This document shows, piece by piece, positions 8,907-17,976 of a stretch of 64,000 nucleotides of DNA. Source of the stretch: Rhodobiaceae bacterium (GTDB lineage: Bacteria > Pseudomonadota > Alphaproteobacteria > Rhizobiales > JAKPQE01); contig JANQEG010000128.1 in the NCBI GenBank assembly GCA_028278505.1, positions 16,047 to 80,046 on the forward strand, in the 5' to 3' direction. Under the pieces are notes generated by a model. The model worked only from the letters and a program-made list of their open reading frames with translations. It was not told the origin of the DNA and ran no database searches. The position numbers and the translations under genes are program-made. Each line of letters opens with the position of its first letter. The stretch's first letter is position 1.

Positions 8907-11900
8907 ATGACTCTCGACGAATACGAACAGGCCGGAAAAATCCTTTATGCGGAATTTGCCGATGCGGTTGCGTTGATCCTTGATGCAGCGCTGAAGGAGA
9001 ACGACAGCGTTCGCGTTCAGGTCATTCAGAAGCGCGCGAAGGCGGCCTCTGAAGTGCGCAAGAAACTCGACGGTACGGTCAGCGACATTGAGGCAAAGGT
9101 CAAAGATCTCGCGGGTGCGCGCATCGTGGTTTACACGAATAGCGACGTCGACCGACTGATCCGATCCGGCATTCTACCGGACAATTTCGAGATTGTGTGG
9201 GACCGAACCAAGTTCCACTACCCACGTGCAAGCGACGGAGCCGATCAATCACAATTCGTCGGGCAGAACTATGTCGTACGCTTGAAGGATAGCCGCACCG
9301 CACTCACCGAATATAAGCGGTTCGTGGGGCTCCAATGCGAGGTGCAAATCCAGACGATCCTTGATCACGCTTGGTCCGAGACAGCTCACGACACAATCTA
9401 CAAGAGCCCGAAGCTCTATGGCGTTGGTGCGGCGCATATGGCGAAGATCAAGGAACGTATGCGCGATATTCAGCAGAAGTATCTGTTACGCGCGGGCTAT
9501 GAATTTCAGCAGGTACTAAACGATTTCGAGCACATTGTCAGTGGCCAACGCCTCGTAGATAGCAATATCTTGGGGGCCATCCGCGATGCTCTAGACAACA
9601 ATGTACGCGTCGAATTGTTGGAACAATACACGACGGTCGTTTTGCCGATCATCGATGACTTGGCCGCTGCAGCTCCAGAAGTCCGGTCGACGCTTGTCGA
9701 GGCTGCACGAAAGGCGCAATCCATTTCTGTGATGCCTATAGAGACGCCTTACGGATCGTTGCCGGGGCGAACGCAAGAGGACGTACTTGAGAAGATCATT
9801 AGCATACTCGTCAACATTCGCTTCGTCGAACCGGCAGATGCCTATACCGCTTATGCCGATCTGTATCTGATTTTCGACGAACCGAAACTGCAGCAAAAAA
9901 CAGTGGCCGCCGTGGGCGAGCTTTCGCAATACGAGTTGGATGTGTGGCGTCGTTTCGGGCCAGCCGTGCAAGAAATACTGCTCGATGCCATTGCGGTGAC
10001 GCCGATGGATCGGCTCGTTTCCACCCGCCCGCTGATGATCGAGATCCTAGGAAAGTGTCTGGAATCGGAGGTGACTGGCACGTCGAGCACGTCGACAGCC
10101 TTCGTTTGGGAAACTGGCCCGATAGCAGTCTCGGATCGCATACACAATGTCCGCGATCGCGCGATAGACATGCTCAAGAACTTGTTCAATTCATCGCAAA
10201 GTGAAGGTGAGCGGGGTGACATCTACCATGCGATGCAATTGTCGACCGGATTACCGCGTCAGGGACGTTACAATGATAAGTTGCTCGAACGGGTGCTCGT
10301 TGATACTGCGGCCATCACGACTTTCTTCGCTGAGCGGGCTGATGATCTGGGTGGCTTGCAGAAAGAGAAGATCGAGCATGGCGCACTTTTCCACTATCGC
10401 CGTGCAAAGCACATGCCGGCAGATTCATTTAAGAGTGAAGGTGTTCGATCCGCGCGCAACGCAGTGATGAGTGCGGCAAGAGTTCTGCGCGAGCGGTTCA
10501 ATGCTGATGACGATTTCGTGATCTTCAAGACGCTCGTCGGGTTCGACTCCGTCTTTGCGTATGAGTGGGACGAGGCCGAAGCAGAGATCGGTTTTGCGGC
10601 AAAAGAAGCGTATCGCGAGGAGAAAGCGACCGAGTATCTGGCACAGGTGACAGAAGCAACCGCCGATGCGTGGTTTGATCGCCTCAACAGTTACGCGTCG
10701 ATCGAGTCTGATGATCGCGCGATGTTTCCGCAGCTCGGCAGCTTCATAGCGAGCGTTGCGGAGAGATTCCCTGCGATTGCGGCTTCATGGCTTGATCGAA
10801 GCCGGGATGAGCCGCTCGCGCAGTTCACACCGGGTATGTTACGCGGTTTTTATACAAGTGATCGTGATGCTGCGCTTCGATGGACCAGCGCCGCGATCGA
10901 TCGAAGAGATGACCTCAGCGGTATCGCGCACTTCATCAGGTTCGCCGAGCCTGCCGTTCCTGACCTCCTGAAGAAAGTTGCAAAAGAGGGTTTAGCAGCG
11001 AAAGACGGAGAAGCCGTATACAAGGTTCTGGAGGCGTGTGCAGCCCGGCCGTCGGAATTCGGTTTTCCACTAGCTCGCGGGCTTGCGATTGAAGCATTGA
11101 CGTTCCTAAGTAAGAATGGTCGTTTTAGCTGGACCGAACCGTTGTGGATTTGGGGAAAAGATTCCGGGCTGCTGGCGCAGTTCGACGAATCGGACCGCAC
11201 AGTTTTGTTCGCGGCCGTCCGCAAGCTTCCGAATATCGATTTCCGTGCAGAAGGACTCCTCGCGTCCCTCGCTGAGGCGCATACGTTAGAGATTATTGAT
11301 TTATTTGGCGCGCGCCTAGAGCGGGCGCGCAAGGAAAAGGGTGATATCTTCGCTGATGAGCGTTTCGAGGCGATTCCCTATGACTTCAACCAGCTTCACA
11401 AATCGATGCAACACGCCGGACCATTACTGCTACCCAAGGCGTTGGAATGGCATCGCGCCGATCCGCTTTTAGGGAAATACAAGAGTGCTTATCTGGTGGC
11501 GATTGTTTTTCCAGAATTGCCGGAGAATGTGATCTCGCAGTTGATTGACTACGCTAAATCCGGAGATCGGGGCGCGCAGGATTTTGTCATCGATGTGATG
11601 TCGAACTACGAAGGCGCGCCCATTGCTTTCACCGTATTGAAGGAACTAGTCGCAGTTCTTCCCGCCGATGATGAAATGCTCGGCCACGTTCGCGCAGCGC
11701 TTGGCGAAACCGGCGTGATGGTCGGCGAGTTCGGCCATCGTGACGCGATTGCCAAGGAGCGGGAACAACTCGAACCATGGCTTACGGATGAGCGTGAATC
11801 TGTGAAGAAGTTCGCCGAGACGCACATCAAGTCTCTGGACAACGCTATAGCTGCTGCGCAAAAGGATGCTGAGACTGACATTGCGATGCGCAAGCTCAGG

Positions 11901-11960
11901 TATGGCGAAGACCTCGGCGACGAGAAGTCGGAGCCGGATAAAGGCGAAAACGAAGACTAA
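8907..11960 (+). CDS. RelA/SpoT (alarmone-synthetase-like nucleotidyl/pyrophosphokinase) domain protein fused to a long uncharacterised C-terminal region (1017 aa)
   Basis: Uninterrupted 1017-codon ORF in visibly AT-richer DNA. The N-terminal ~190 aa carry 'KRAKAASEVRKKL', 'DLAGARIVVY' and 'CEVQIQTILDHAWSETAHDTIYK', which resemble the RelA_SpoT synthetase signatures RxKxxxSxxxK, DxxGxR(I/V) and E(I/V)QIRT..H.WA...H...YK. I recognise no motif in residues ~200-1017. Confidence 0.8.
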   Translation: MTLDEYEQAGKILYAEFADAVALILDAALKENDSVRVQVIQKRAKAASEVRKKLDGTVSDIEAKVKDLAGARIVVYTNSDVDRLIRSGILPDNFEIVWDRTKFHYPRASDGADQSQFVGQNYVVRLKDSRTALTEYKRFVGLQCEVQIQTILDHAWSETAHDTIYKSPKLYGVGAAHMAKIKERMRDIQQKYLLRAGYEFQQVLNDFEHIVSGQRLVDSNILGAIRDALDNNVRVELLEQYTTVVLPIIDDLAAAAPEVRSTLVEAARKAQSISVMPIETPYGSLPGRTQEDVLEKIISILVNIRFVEPADAYTAYADLYLIFDEPKLQQKTVAAVGELSQYELDVWRRFGPAVQEILLDAIAVTPMDRLVSTRPLMIEILGKCLESEVTGTSSTSTAFVWETGPIAVSDRIHNVRDRAIDMLKNLFNSSQSEGERGDIYHAMQLSTGLPRQGRYNDKLLERVLVDTAAITTFFAERADDLGGLQKEKIEHGALFHYRRAKHMPADSFKSEGVRSARNAVMSAARVLRERFNADDDFVIFKTLVGFDSVFAYEWDEAEAEIGFAAKEAYREEKATEYLAQVTEATADAWFDRLNSYASIESDDRAMFPQLGSFIASVAERFPAIAASWLDRSRDEPLAQFTPGMLRGFYTSDRDAALRWTSAAIDRRDDLSGIAHFIRFAEPAVPDLLKKVAKEGLAAKDGEAVYKVLEACAARPSEFGFPLARGLAIEALTFLSKNGRFSWTEPLWIWGKDSGLLAQFDESDRTVLFAAVRKLPNIDFRAEGLLASLAEAHTLEIIDLFGARLERARKEKGDIFADERFEAIPYDFNQLHKSMQHAGPLLLPKALEWHRADPLLGKYKSAYLVAIVFPELPENVISQLIDYAKSGDRGAQDFVIDVMSNYEGAPIAFTVLKELVAVLPADDEMLGHVRAALGETGVMVGEFGHRDAIAKEREQLEPWLTDERESVKKFAETHIKSLDNAIAAAQKDAETDIAMRKLRYGEDLGDEKSEPDKGENED

Positions 11961-12045
11961 CCGTTTTCGTTTAATAGCGGATCTCTGGCGTCCTTTGCCC
12001 GTATCCAATTTCAGCACGCCGTGGCATCTGCCAGTTTTTAAATAA

Positions 12046-12170
12046 ACGCCGATGCGACAGCCTCTTGTCCAAATCGTAAATCAACACGTCGATGCGCGGT
12101 ACGTGGCCGTGGCCTCTGGAGAACTCGGTGAGGTCCACTTGTTGTCGGCCGAATATTGACAGCCGCGATA
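12046..12170 (-). pseudogene. 3'-terminal remnant of a crp/fnr-family regulator gene
   Basis: About 70-75% nucleotide similarity by eye to the 3' end of the intact regulator (19410-19530). The minus-strand translation 'LSIFGRQQVDLTEFSRGHGHVPRIDVLIYDLDKRLS' aligns with 'LSRIIGRLESEGLAEFSGRHVHVPRIDALMRDLDQRLPQ*'. The stop codon is lost and no upstream part is present. Confidence 0.6.
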
Positions 12171-12286
12171 AAAAACTGCCGTTTCAGACGAATCGCCCAC
12201 CGGAAGGTCCACACCGGCCCTCCTAGGCGGCCGGAATTAACGATTATTATTGCGATTGTTTCGGTTTATCGGCAAAATTAAACATC

Positions 12287-12973
12287 ATGGATGCAGTGAA
12301 CGACACACAATCGGGTTCGTCGACGTCGGAGACCAACCGCGTCTACGGCGAACTGCGCGACCGGATCATCTCCGGCCGGATTCCGCCGGGAGAACGATTG
12401 AAGGTCGAGACCCTGAAGGCCGCCCTCAATGTCGGCGCCTCGCCGATCCGCGAGGCGCTGAGCCTGCTGACCTCCGATCAGCTCGTCGAGCGGATCGACC
12501 GGCGCGGCTTCCGTGCCGCGAAGGCCGGGGCCGACCATTTCGCCGAAATCCTGCGTCTGCGCTGCGCGCTCGAAGACCTCGCGCTCCGGGAAAGCATCGA
12601 AAAGGGCGATGATCGCTGGGAAGAGGAACTGGTGCTTTCCCACCACCGGCTGGCGCGCGCCGACCGGACCGAGATCGCGGGCTTTGAGGAAAAGCACAAA
12701 GCCTTTCACATGATGCTCTTGAGCGCGTGCGGTTCACCGATCCTGTTGAAGTTCTGCAGCCAGCTCTACGATTTGAACATCCGCTATCGCTACCTGGCCA
12801 AAAGCGCCGTCTCCTATGCCAAGCGCGATATCGCCAAGGAGCACGCCGAGATCCTCGAAGCCGTCGTCAGCCGTGACGCCGAAACTGCTTCGGCGCGGCT
12901 GATGGCGCATTATCGCAAGACCGGGGATTTCCTTTCCGGCATCCTCAAAAAAGACGGTTCATTCACCGATTAG
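12287..12973 (+). CDS. GntR-family transcriptional regulator (FadR/FCD subfamily)
   Basis: N-terminal wHTH 'RVYGELRDRIISGRIPPGERLKVETLKAALNVGASPIREALSLL' followed by a helical FCD-like C-terminal domain. Confidence 0.85.
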   Translation: MDAVNDTQSGSSTSETNRVYGELRDRIISGRIPPGERLKVETLKAALNVGASPIREALSLLTSDQLVERIDRRGFRAAKAGADHFAEILRLRCALEDLALRESIEKGDDRWEEELVLSHHRLARADRTEIAGFEEKHKAFHMMLLSACGSPILLKFCSQLYDLNIRYRYLAKSAVSYAKRDIAKEHAEILEAVVSRDAETASARLMAHYRKTGDFLSGILKKDGSFTD

Positions 12974-13825
12974 CACGAAGTCGAAATCGACGCGGGAATA
13001 GGCGTCCTCGACCTTGCCGGAGAGTTCGAATCCGTCGGGAAAGGTGCCGGCGGGCTGCGGCCTGTAGCGGATCACCAGGTCGTCGCGCACGCCGAACACC
13101 GTGTCTTCGTCGAGATAGGGGTCGTCGTCGGGGAAGATCTCGGTGACGAGCGTGCGGTACCCTTCCGCCTTGATGATGAAATGCAGGTGCGAGGGCCGCC
13201 AGGGATGGCGTCCGGCCGCATTCAGGATCGCGCCGACCGGGCCGTCGGACGGCACGGTGTAGCTCACCGGCCGCACGGTGGTCAGCGCGTAGCGGCCGTC
13301 GGCGCCCGTCGTGATGATGCCGTGAAACGAATAGGTCTCCTGATCCGGGTCCTGGCTGGAATACATGCCGTTCGGCGCGGTCTGCCAGATGTCGACTTCG
13401 GCGCCGGCGATCGGCTCGCCCTCGACATTGCGCACGAAGCCCTGCCAAAGAACCACTTCGCCTTCGAAGTTCCGTTTCATGTCGCCGCCGACGGCAAGCG
13501 GCGGAGCGCCGGAGATGTGGAAGGGGCCGAGCACGCTGGAACTCGTCGCGCGCGGGTCCGAATTGATCATGTCGACCAGCGAGGACAAGCCCATTACGTC
13601 GGACAGAAGCACGAATTCGTTGCGTTCGGCGGTGGTGATGTCGCCGGCCCAGACGAAGAACTCCAGCGCCTTGCGCCATTCGTCATGGGTCAGCTTCACC
13701 TCCTTGGCGAAGGCGTGCAAATGGCCGGCAAGAGAGACCAGCACCTCGCGAAAGCGCGGATCGGTCTCATCTCCGAAATAGCCGGCAAAAACCTCGGTGA
13801 TGTTGTCTTGGTTCACTTCGCGCAT
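12959..13825 (-). CDS. Intradiol ring-cleavage dioxygenase (hydroxyquinol/catechol 1,2-dioxygenase family)
   Basis: 288 aa. Contains 'RPSHLHF' and 'YTVPSDGP', which are characteristic of intradiol dioxygenases. The size and N-terminal helical domain fit hydroxyquinol 1,2-dioxygenases. Confidence 0.85.
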   Translation of the reverse strand: MREVNQDNITEVFAGYFGDETDPRFREVLVSLAGHLHAFAKEVKLTHDEWRKALEFFVWAGDITTAERNEFVLLSDVMGLSSLVDMINSDPRATSSSVLGPFHISGAPPLAVGGDMKRNFEGEVVLWQGFVRNVEGEPIAGAEVDIWQTAPNGMYSSQDPDQETYSFHGIITTGADGRYALTTVRPVSYTVPSDGPVGAILNAAGRHPWRPSHLHFIIKAEGYRTLVTEIFPDDDPYLDEDTVFGVRDDLVIRYRPQPAGTFPDGFELSGKVEDAYSRVDFDFVLIGE

Positions 13826-13835
13826 GGGATTGTCC

Positions 13836-15143
13836 CTAATTCAATATGCCCAGGCTGAGCACGGGAAAGCGGATCAGCAGGATCAGGACGGCCAGCATGA
13901 CGACGGCGAAGGGCAGTGCGCCGAGAAACACGTCCGCAAGCGAGATGCGGTCGTCGTCAAGCGTCGCCTTGATGACGAAACAGGAGATGCCGAGTGGCGG
14001 CGTCAACAGCCCGATCTCGGCGCCGACGACAGTGATGATCCCGAACCAGACCAGCGACAGCCCCATCGGCTCGATCAGCGGCAGGAAAAGCGGCACCACG
14101 ATCAGGATGATCGATGCGGTATCGAGCAGCGTGCCGAGGAAGAGCATCAGGATCACATAGACCACCATGATCGTGAAGAAGCCGGCCTGGCTGGCGGCCA
14201 GAAGATTGCCCAGTTCGTTCGGCAGTCCGGCAAGCCCGAGCATCCGGCTGTAGATCGAAGCGGCGGTGATCAGAAACAGGATGGCGGCGGTGATGTGACC
14301 GGTTTCCAGGAGCGCTTCCCAGAACACCGACAGGGTCATTCGCCGCCGGGCAAACGCGATGAGGAGCCCGACCAGCGAGCCGACCGCGCCGGCCTCGACC
14401 GGCGTCATCCAGCCGGTGTAGATGCCGCCGAGCACGATCACGATCAGCGCCACGGTCGGAACCGTTTTGGAGAGGATTTCGCCCCAGGGCAGGGGCCGGA
14501 AATCCGAGGCGTCACGGCCCTTGATGAAGCCGGGCGTCAACCTGCCCATGGCCCAGATCGCCGCCACATAGGCCGCCGCCAGCATCAGCCCGGGCACGAC
14601 GCCGGCGAGGAACATCTCGCCGACCGATTGTTCGGCGACGAAGGAATAGATGATCAGCATGGCCGAGGGCGGGATGATCATGCCGAGCACTGACGAGCCG
14701 GCCACGACGCCGACGGCGAAACGCGGATTGTAGTCGTGGTCGAGCATCTGCGGCACGGAGATCTTGGAGAACACCGAGGCCGATGCAATCGATGATCCGG
14801 TCACCGCGGCAAACACCGCATTGGCGCCGACGGTCGCCATGCCGATGCCGCCCTTGACGCGGCGAAAGCCCGAACTCATCACATCGTAGATGTCGGCACC
14901 GAGCCCGGCCTTCGACACGATCAGCCCCATGAAGGTGAACAGCGGCACGGTGGCGAAGGTGTATTCCATGACGCTGTCGCTGACCGCGATCTTGAGCAGG
15001 TTCAGCGCCAGATCGAAATTGTCCCGCATCAGCCAAATCGACATGAAGGAGACGACGCCGAGCGCGATCGGGATATAGACGCCCATATAGATGAGCACGA
15101 CGATCGCGATGACCGAGACGATGCCGATCTCGATCGGGGTCAT
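13836..15143 (-). CDS. dctM: TRAP transporter large permease
   Basis: 435-aa polytopic membrane protein. Its ATG overlaps the dctQ stop (ATGA coupling). Confidence 0.9.
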   Translation of the reverse strand: MTPIEIGIVSVIAIVVLIYMGVYIPIALGVVSFMSIWLMRDNFDLALNLLKIAVSDSVMEYTFATVPLFTFMGLIVSKAGLGADIYDVMSSGFRRVKGGIGMATVGANAVFAAVTGSSIASASVFSKISVPQMLDHDYNPRFAVGVVAGSSVLGMIIPPSAMLIIYSFVAEQSVGEMFLAGVVPGLMLAAAYVAAIWAMGRLTPGFIKGRDASDFRPLPWGEILSKTVPTVALIVIVLGGIYTGWMTPVEAGAVGSLVGLLIAFARRRMTLSVFWEALLETGHITAAILFLITAASIYSRMLGLAGLPNELGNLLAASQAGFFTIMVVYVILMLFLGTLLDTASIILIVVPLFLPLIEPMGLSLVWFGIITVVGAEIGLLTPPLGISCFVIKATLDDDRISLADVFLGALPFAVVMLAVLILLIRFPVLSLGILN

Positions 15144-15697
15144 GACCGGCTCTCATGTTCGGGCGCCCGGATCAGTTCCGGTTTGTGCGCCGGCAACAGG
15201 ATCTTCAACGCGAAGATGACGGCGCAGAGCACGGCGCTGAGAAAGATCGCCAGCTTGATCGGCCACCATGGTGCGGTGAACACGCCCGGCACGCCGAAAT
15301 AGTCCTTTGTGTGCCACATCTCGACGAATTCGGGCCAGGCGGCGATGGCGATCAGGGTCATGAAGATCGCCGAGACCGCTTCGATCAAATGGGTGATCGC
15401 CGCGGTCAGGCGCGGCATGCGCCTGGCCATGACCACGAGGAACCCGTCGGAACGCGTCAGCCGGTTGACCCGCACCACGTCCGGCAATTGCAGGAACACG
15501 ATCAGGACCATCGAGAACTGCACGATCTCGACGGCCCCCAGAAACGGCGCGTTGAAGGCGCCGCGGGCGATCACGTCGAAATTGACGACGGCGACGAGCC
15601 CGAGCACCACCAGGGTCCCGACCGCATTTGCGGCGATCGCGATCCTGTCCGCCGATCGGGCGAGGGCGCCGACAATGTGGCCCGATACGTTCTGCAT
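15140..15697 (-). CDS. dctQ: TRAP transporter small permease
   Basis: About 185-aa protein with 4 TM helices, immediately upstream of dctM. ATG at 15697 is preceded by a GGGGAGGGG SD. Confidence 0.8.
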   Translation of the reverse strand: MQNVSGHIVGALARSADRIAIAANAVGTLVVLGLVAVVNFDVIARGAFNAPFLGAVEIVQFSMVLIVFLQLPDVVRVNRLTRSDGFLVVMARRMPRLTAAITHLIEAVSAIFMTLIAIAAWPEFVEMWHTKDYFGVPGVFTAPWWPIKLAIFLSAVLCAVIFALKILLPAHKPELIRAPEHESRS

Positions 15698-15736
15698 CGT
15701 GTCAGCGCCCCTCCCCAAAGGACCGTTCGTGTCGGC

Positions 15737-16810
15737 CTATTTCGCCGTCCAGTCGCGCACGCCGGTGTAGCCGGCCGCTTTCAGCTTGCCCAGATAGGCC
15801 TGCAGCATGTCGCTGCCCGGCTCACCCTTGGCGTCCAGACCGGCGGCCCATTCGGCGGCGATGTTCGGCATCGCGGCGGCCCAGGCGGCGCGTTCCTCGG
15901 CGCTCGCCTCGACGATCTTGCCGCCGGCTTCAACGAAAGCGTCGCGGCTCGCCGCGGCGCGGTCCATGGCGAGGCCGGCAACGTGATCCCGGTAGAGGAT
16001 CGCCACTTCCTGCAGCACCATCTTCACCTCGTCGGGCAGCTTTGCCCAATAGTCGGCGTTCACGGTCACGGTTTTGGAGTTCACCGCGCCGAGGTCGACG
16101 CGCAGCATGTGCGGTGCGACTTCGGCGATCTTGAAGGTCTTGGCGGCTTCGGGCCACAACATGGCGTGCTCGACCAGGCCGGTCTGCAGCATGTTGTAGA
16201 AATCGGTCAGGCCGCCGCGCACGCCGGCGGCATCCTTGATGCCTTCGAGGTAGCGCAGATTCATGCCGGCGCCGGCAACCTTGTCGCCCTCCATGTCCGT
16301 GACCGAGGCGATCGGGTTGGTGCTGAACACTTGATAAGTGTCGAGAACCACGCCGGTGGTCAGATAGACCTGGTTCTGCGCGGCGAATTCCTTGTGCATG
16401 GTCGGAAATTCGCGGGCGATCTCATCGACCGCCTTGGCCACTGCCCGCGCGTCCGGGGCGACGAAGGGCGTGACCGCGGAGATCGCCTGAGACGGCAATT
16501 TCGAGGAATGGAAGATCGTCGTGACGATGCCGATATCGCCGAGCCCGAGCTTGATGCCTTCGAGCACGCCTTTCGGCTTGACGATCGCGCCGCCATAGCT
16601 TTCCTGCCAGTCGATCTTGTAATTGCCCTTCTCGGCCAGGCGCTTGTCGACTTCGGGGATGAAAAAGGCGGTAAATTCCTTGACCCAGAGCGCGCGGGCG
16701 GGATAGCCGTCGATGACGACCGCCTTGATCGTCTCGACCGCAGATGCGGGCATGACCGAAAACCCGGCCATTGCAGCGGCAAGCGCTGTTGCTTTCCACC
16801 AAGCTGTCAT
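15737..16810 (-). CDS. dctP: TRAP transporter substrate-binding protein
   Basis: Signal peptide 'MTAWWKATALAAAMAGFSVMPASA'. About 357 aa, in an operon with dctQM. ATG at 16810 is preceded by an AGGGAGGAAG SD. The upstream ORF extension was rejected. Confidence 0.8.
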   Translation of the reverse strand: MTAWWKATALAAAMAGFSVMPASAVETIKAVVIDGYPARALWVKEFTAFFIPEVDKRLAEKGNYKIDWQESYGGAIVKPKGVLEGIKLGLGDIGIVTTIFHSSKLPSQAISAVTPFVAPDARAVAKAVDEIAREFPTMHKEFAAQNQVYLTTGVVLDTYQVFSTNPIASVTDMEGDKVAGAGMNLRYLEGIKDAAGVRGGLTDFYNMLQTGLVEHAMLWPEAAKTFKIAEVAPHMLRVDLGAVNSKTVTVNADYWAKLPDEVKMVLQEVAILYRDHVAGLAMDRAAASRDAFVEAGGKIVEASAEERAAWAAAMPNIAAEWAAGLDAKGEPGSDMLQAYLGKLKAAGYTGVRDWTAK

Positions 16811-16847
16811 TGCTTCCTCCCTTGGATAGTCCGGTTGATCGAAGCGC

Positions 16848-17303
16848 TTAAGCCTTTTGCCAGCGCACCTCGACGTCGGTTCCCGCCATCCTGAAGAGCT
16901 TGGAGAGCGGGCAGAATCTCTCGACCTCGCGGCCGACCGCGACGAGCGCCGCCTCGTCGGCGCTGCCGTCGGCACGGACGGTGAGGGTCACGGATTTGAA
17001 CGGCACGTCGATTTCCTCTTCGAGAGTGACGCCGCGCCGGTCGAATTCGCATTCGGCGTCGATGCTCAGATGGCCGATATCGACGCTGAGGCTTTTCGCG
17101 CATTTATGGCCGATCACGTTGACGCAGCCGATGAAGGCGGCAAGCGCGGTGTCGGTCGGCGCCGGCCCGAGATTGGTGCCGCCCCGCGCCGCGGGCTCGT
17201 CGATCGTGAACGCCAGATCGCGCACCTTCACCTCGGCGCGCGAATGGGACGGGCAGTCGGCGCTGGCGCGCAGCTTCACCGTCGTTTTCATCGTGATCGC
17301 CAT
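16848..17303 (-). CDS. OsmC/Ohr-family protein
   Basis: About 151 aa. Contains 'GGTNLGPAPTDTALAAFIGCVN' and C-terminal 'ERFCPLSKL', the two-Cys OsmC signature. Confidence 0.75.
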   Translation of the reverse strand: MAITMKTTVKLRASADCPSHSRAEVKVRDLAFTIDEPAARGGTNLGPAPTDTALAAFIGCVNVIGHKCAKSLSVDIGHLSIDAECEFDRRGVTLEEEIDVPFKSVTLTVRADGSADEAALVAVGREVERFCPLSKLFRMAGTDVEVRWQKA

Positions 17304-17310
17304 CTGGTCC

Positions 17311-17976
17311 TCATGCGAATGAGCAGGCCTTGTCGAAGGGGAAGCGCGGCAGTTTGTGAAAGAGCGCGCTTTCGTCGGCATAGCCGAGATTGCACAGGAA
17401 ATTGGATCTGAGCGTGGTGCCGGCGAAGAACTCCCGATCGACGATCTCGTTGGAGAATCCGGACATTGCGCCGACATCGAGCCCGACCGCGCGCGCGGCG
17501 ATCATGAAATAGGCGCCCTGCAGGGTGGCGTTGCGGAACGCCGTGACCTCGGCATAGTCCGGCTTGCCGTCGAAGTGCGGGCGCCGGTCTTCATGGGGAA
17601 AGAGGTAGGGCAGTTCGCGCCAGAACTCGAGGTCGTGGGCGATGATCGCCGTCACCGGCGCTGTCATCATCTTGTCGATGTTCTTATCCTTCAGCGACTT
17701 GGCGAGACGCGCCTTGCCCTCTTTCGAGACCACGAAGATGAACCGCGCCGGGCAGGAATTCATGCTGGTCGGGCCGGCCGCCGTGATCTCGTAAATGGTG
17801 TGCAGCAGCGCCTCGGAGACCGGTTCATGCTTCCACGCATAATGGGATCTCGCCTCGCGCAGGATGAGATCGATCGCGGTGTCGTCGAGGCGGGGCAGGC
17901 GCGCTTTCAGGTCGCGGAACGCGGCTTGCGCCTCGGCCCGTGCAGCAGACAGTGCTTCGCCGGTCAACGCGCTCAT
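17311..17976 (-). CDS. Nitroreductase-family protein (RutE/YdjA-like)
   Basis: 'ILREARSHYAWKHEPVS' and 'SMNSCPARFIFV' are typical of RutE-like nitroreductases. The start overlaps the upstream gene's stop (ATGA). Confidence 0.75.
   Translation of the reverse strand: MSALTGEALSAARAEAQAAFRDLKARLPRLDDTAIDLILREARSHYAWKHEPVSEALLHTIYEITAAGPTSMNSCPARFIFVVSKEGKARLAKSLKDKNIDKMMTAPVTAIIAHDLEFWRELPYLFPHEDRRPHFDGKPDYAEVTAFRNATLQGAYFMIAARAVGLDVGAMSGFSNEIVDREFFAGTTLRSNFLCNLGYADESALFHKLPRFPFDKACSFA

Noticed and set aside
15155-16894. 579-aa plus-strand ORF across the TRAP transporter genes, with similar shadow ORFs at 35406-37007, 47075-48544 and 57056-58498.
   Set aside because: They are antisense to genes with clear family signatures and have compositionally biased translations (Arg/Gly/Asp/His). 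They are not independent coding regions.
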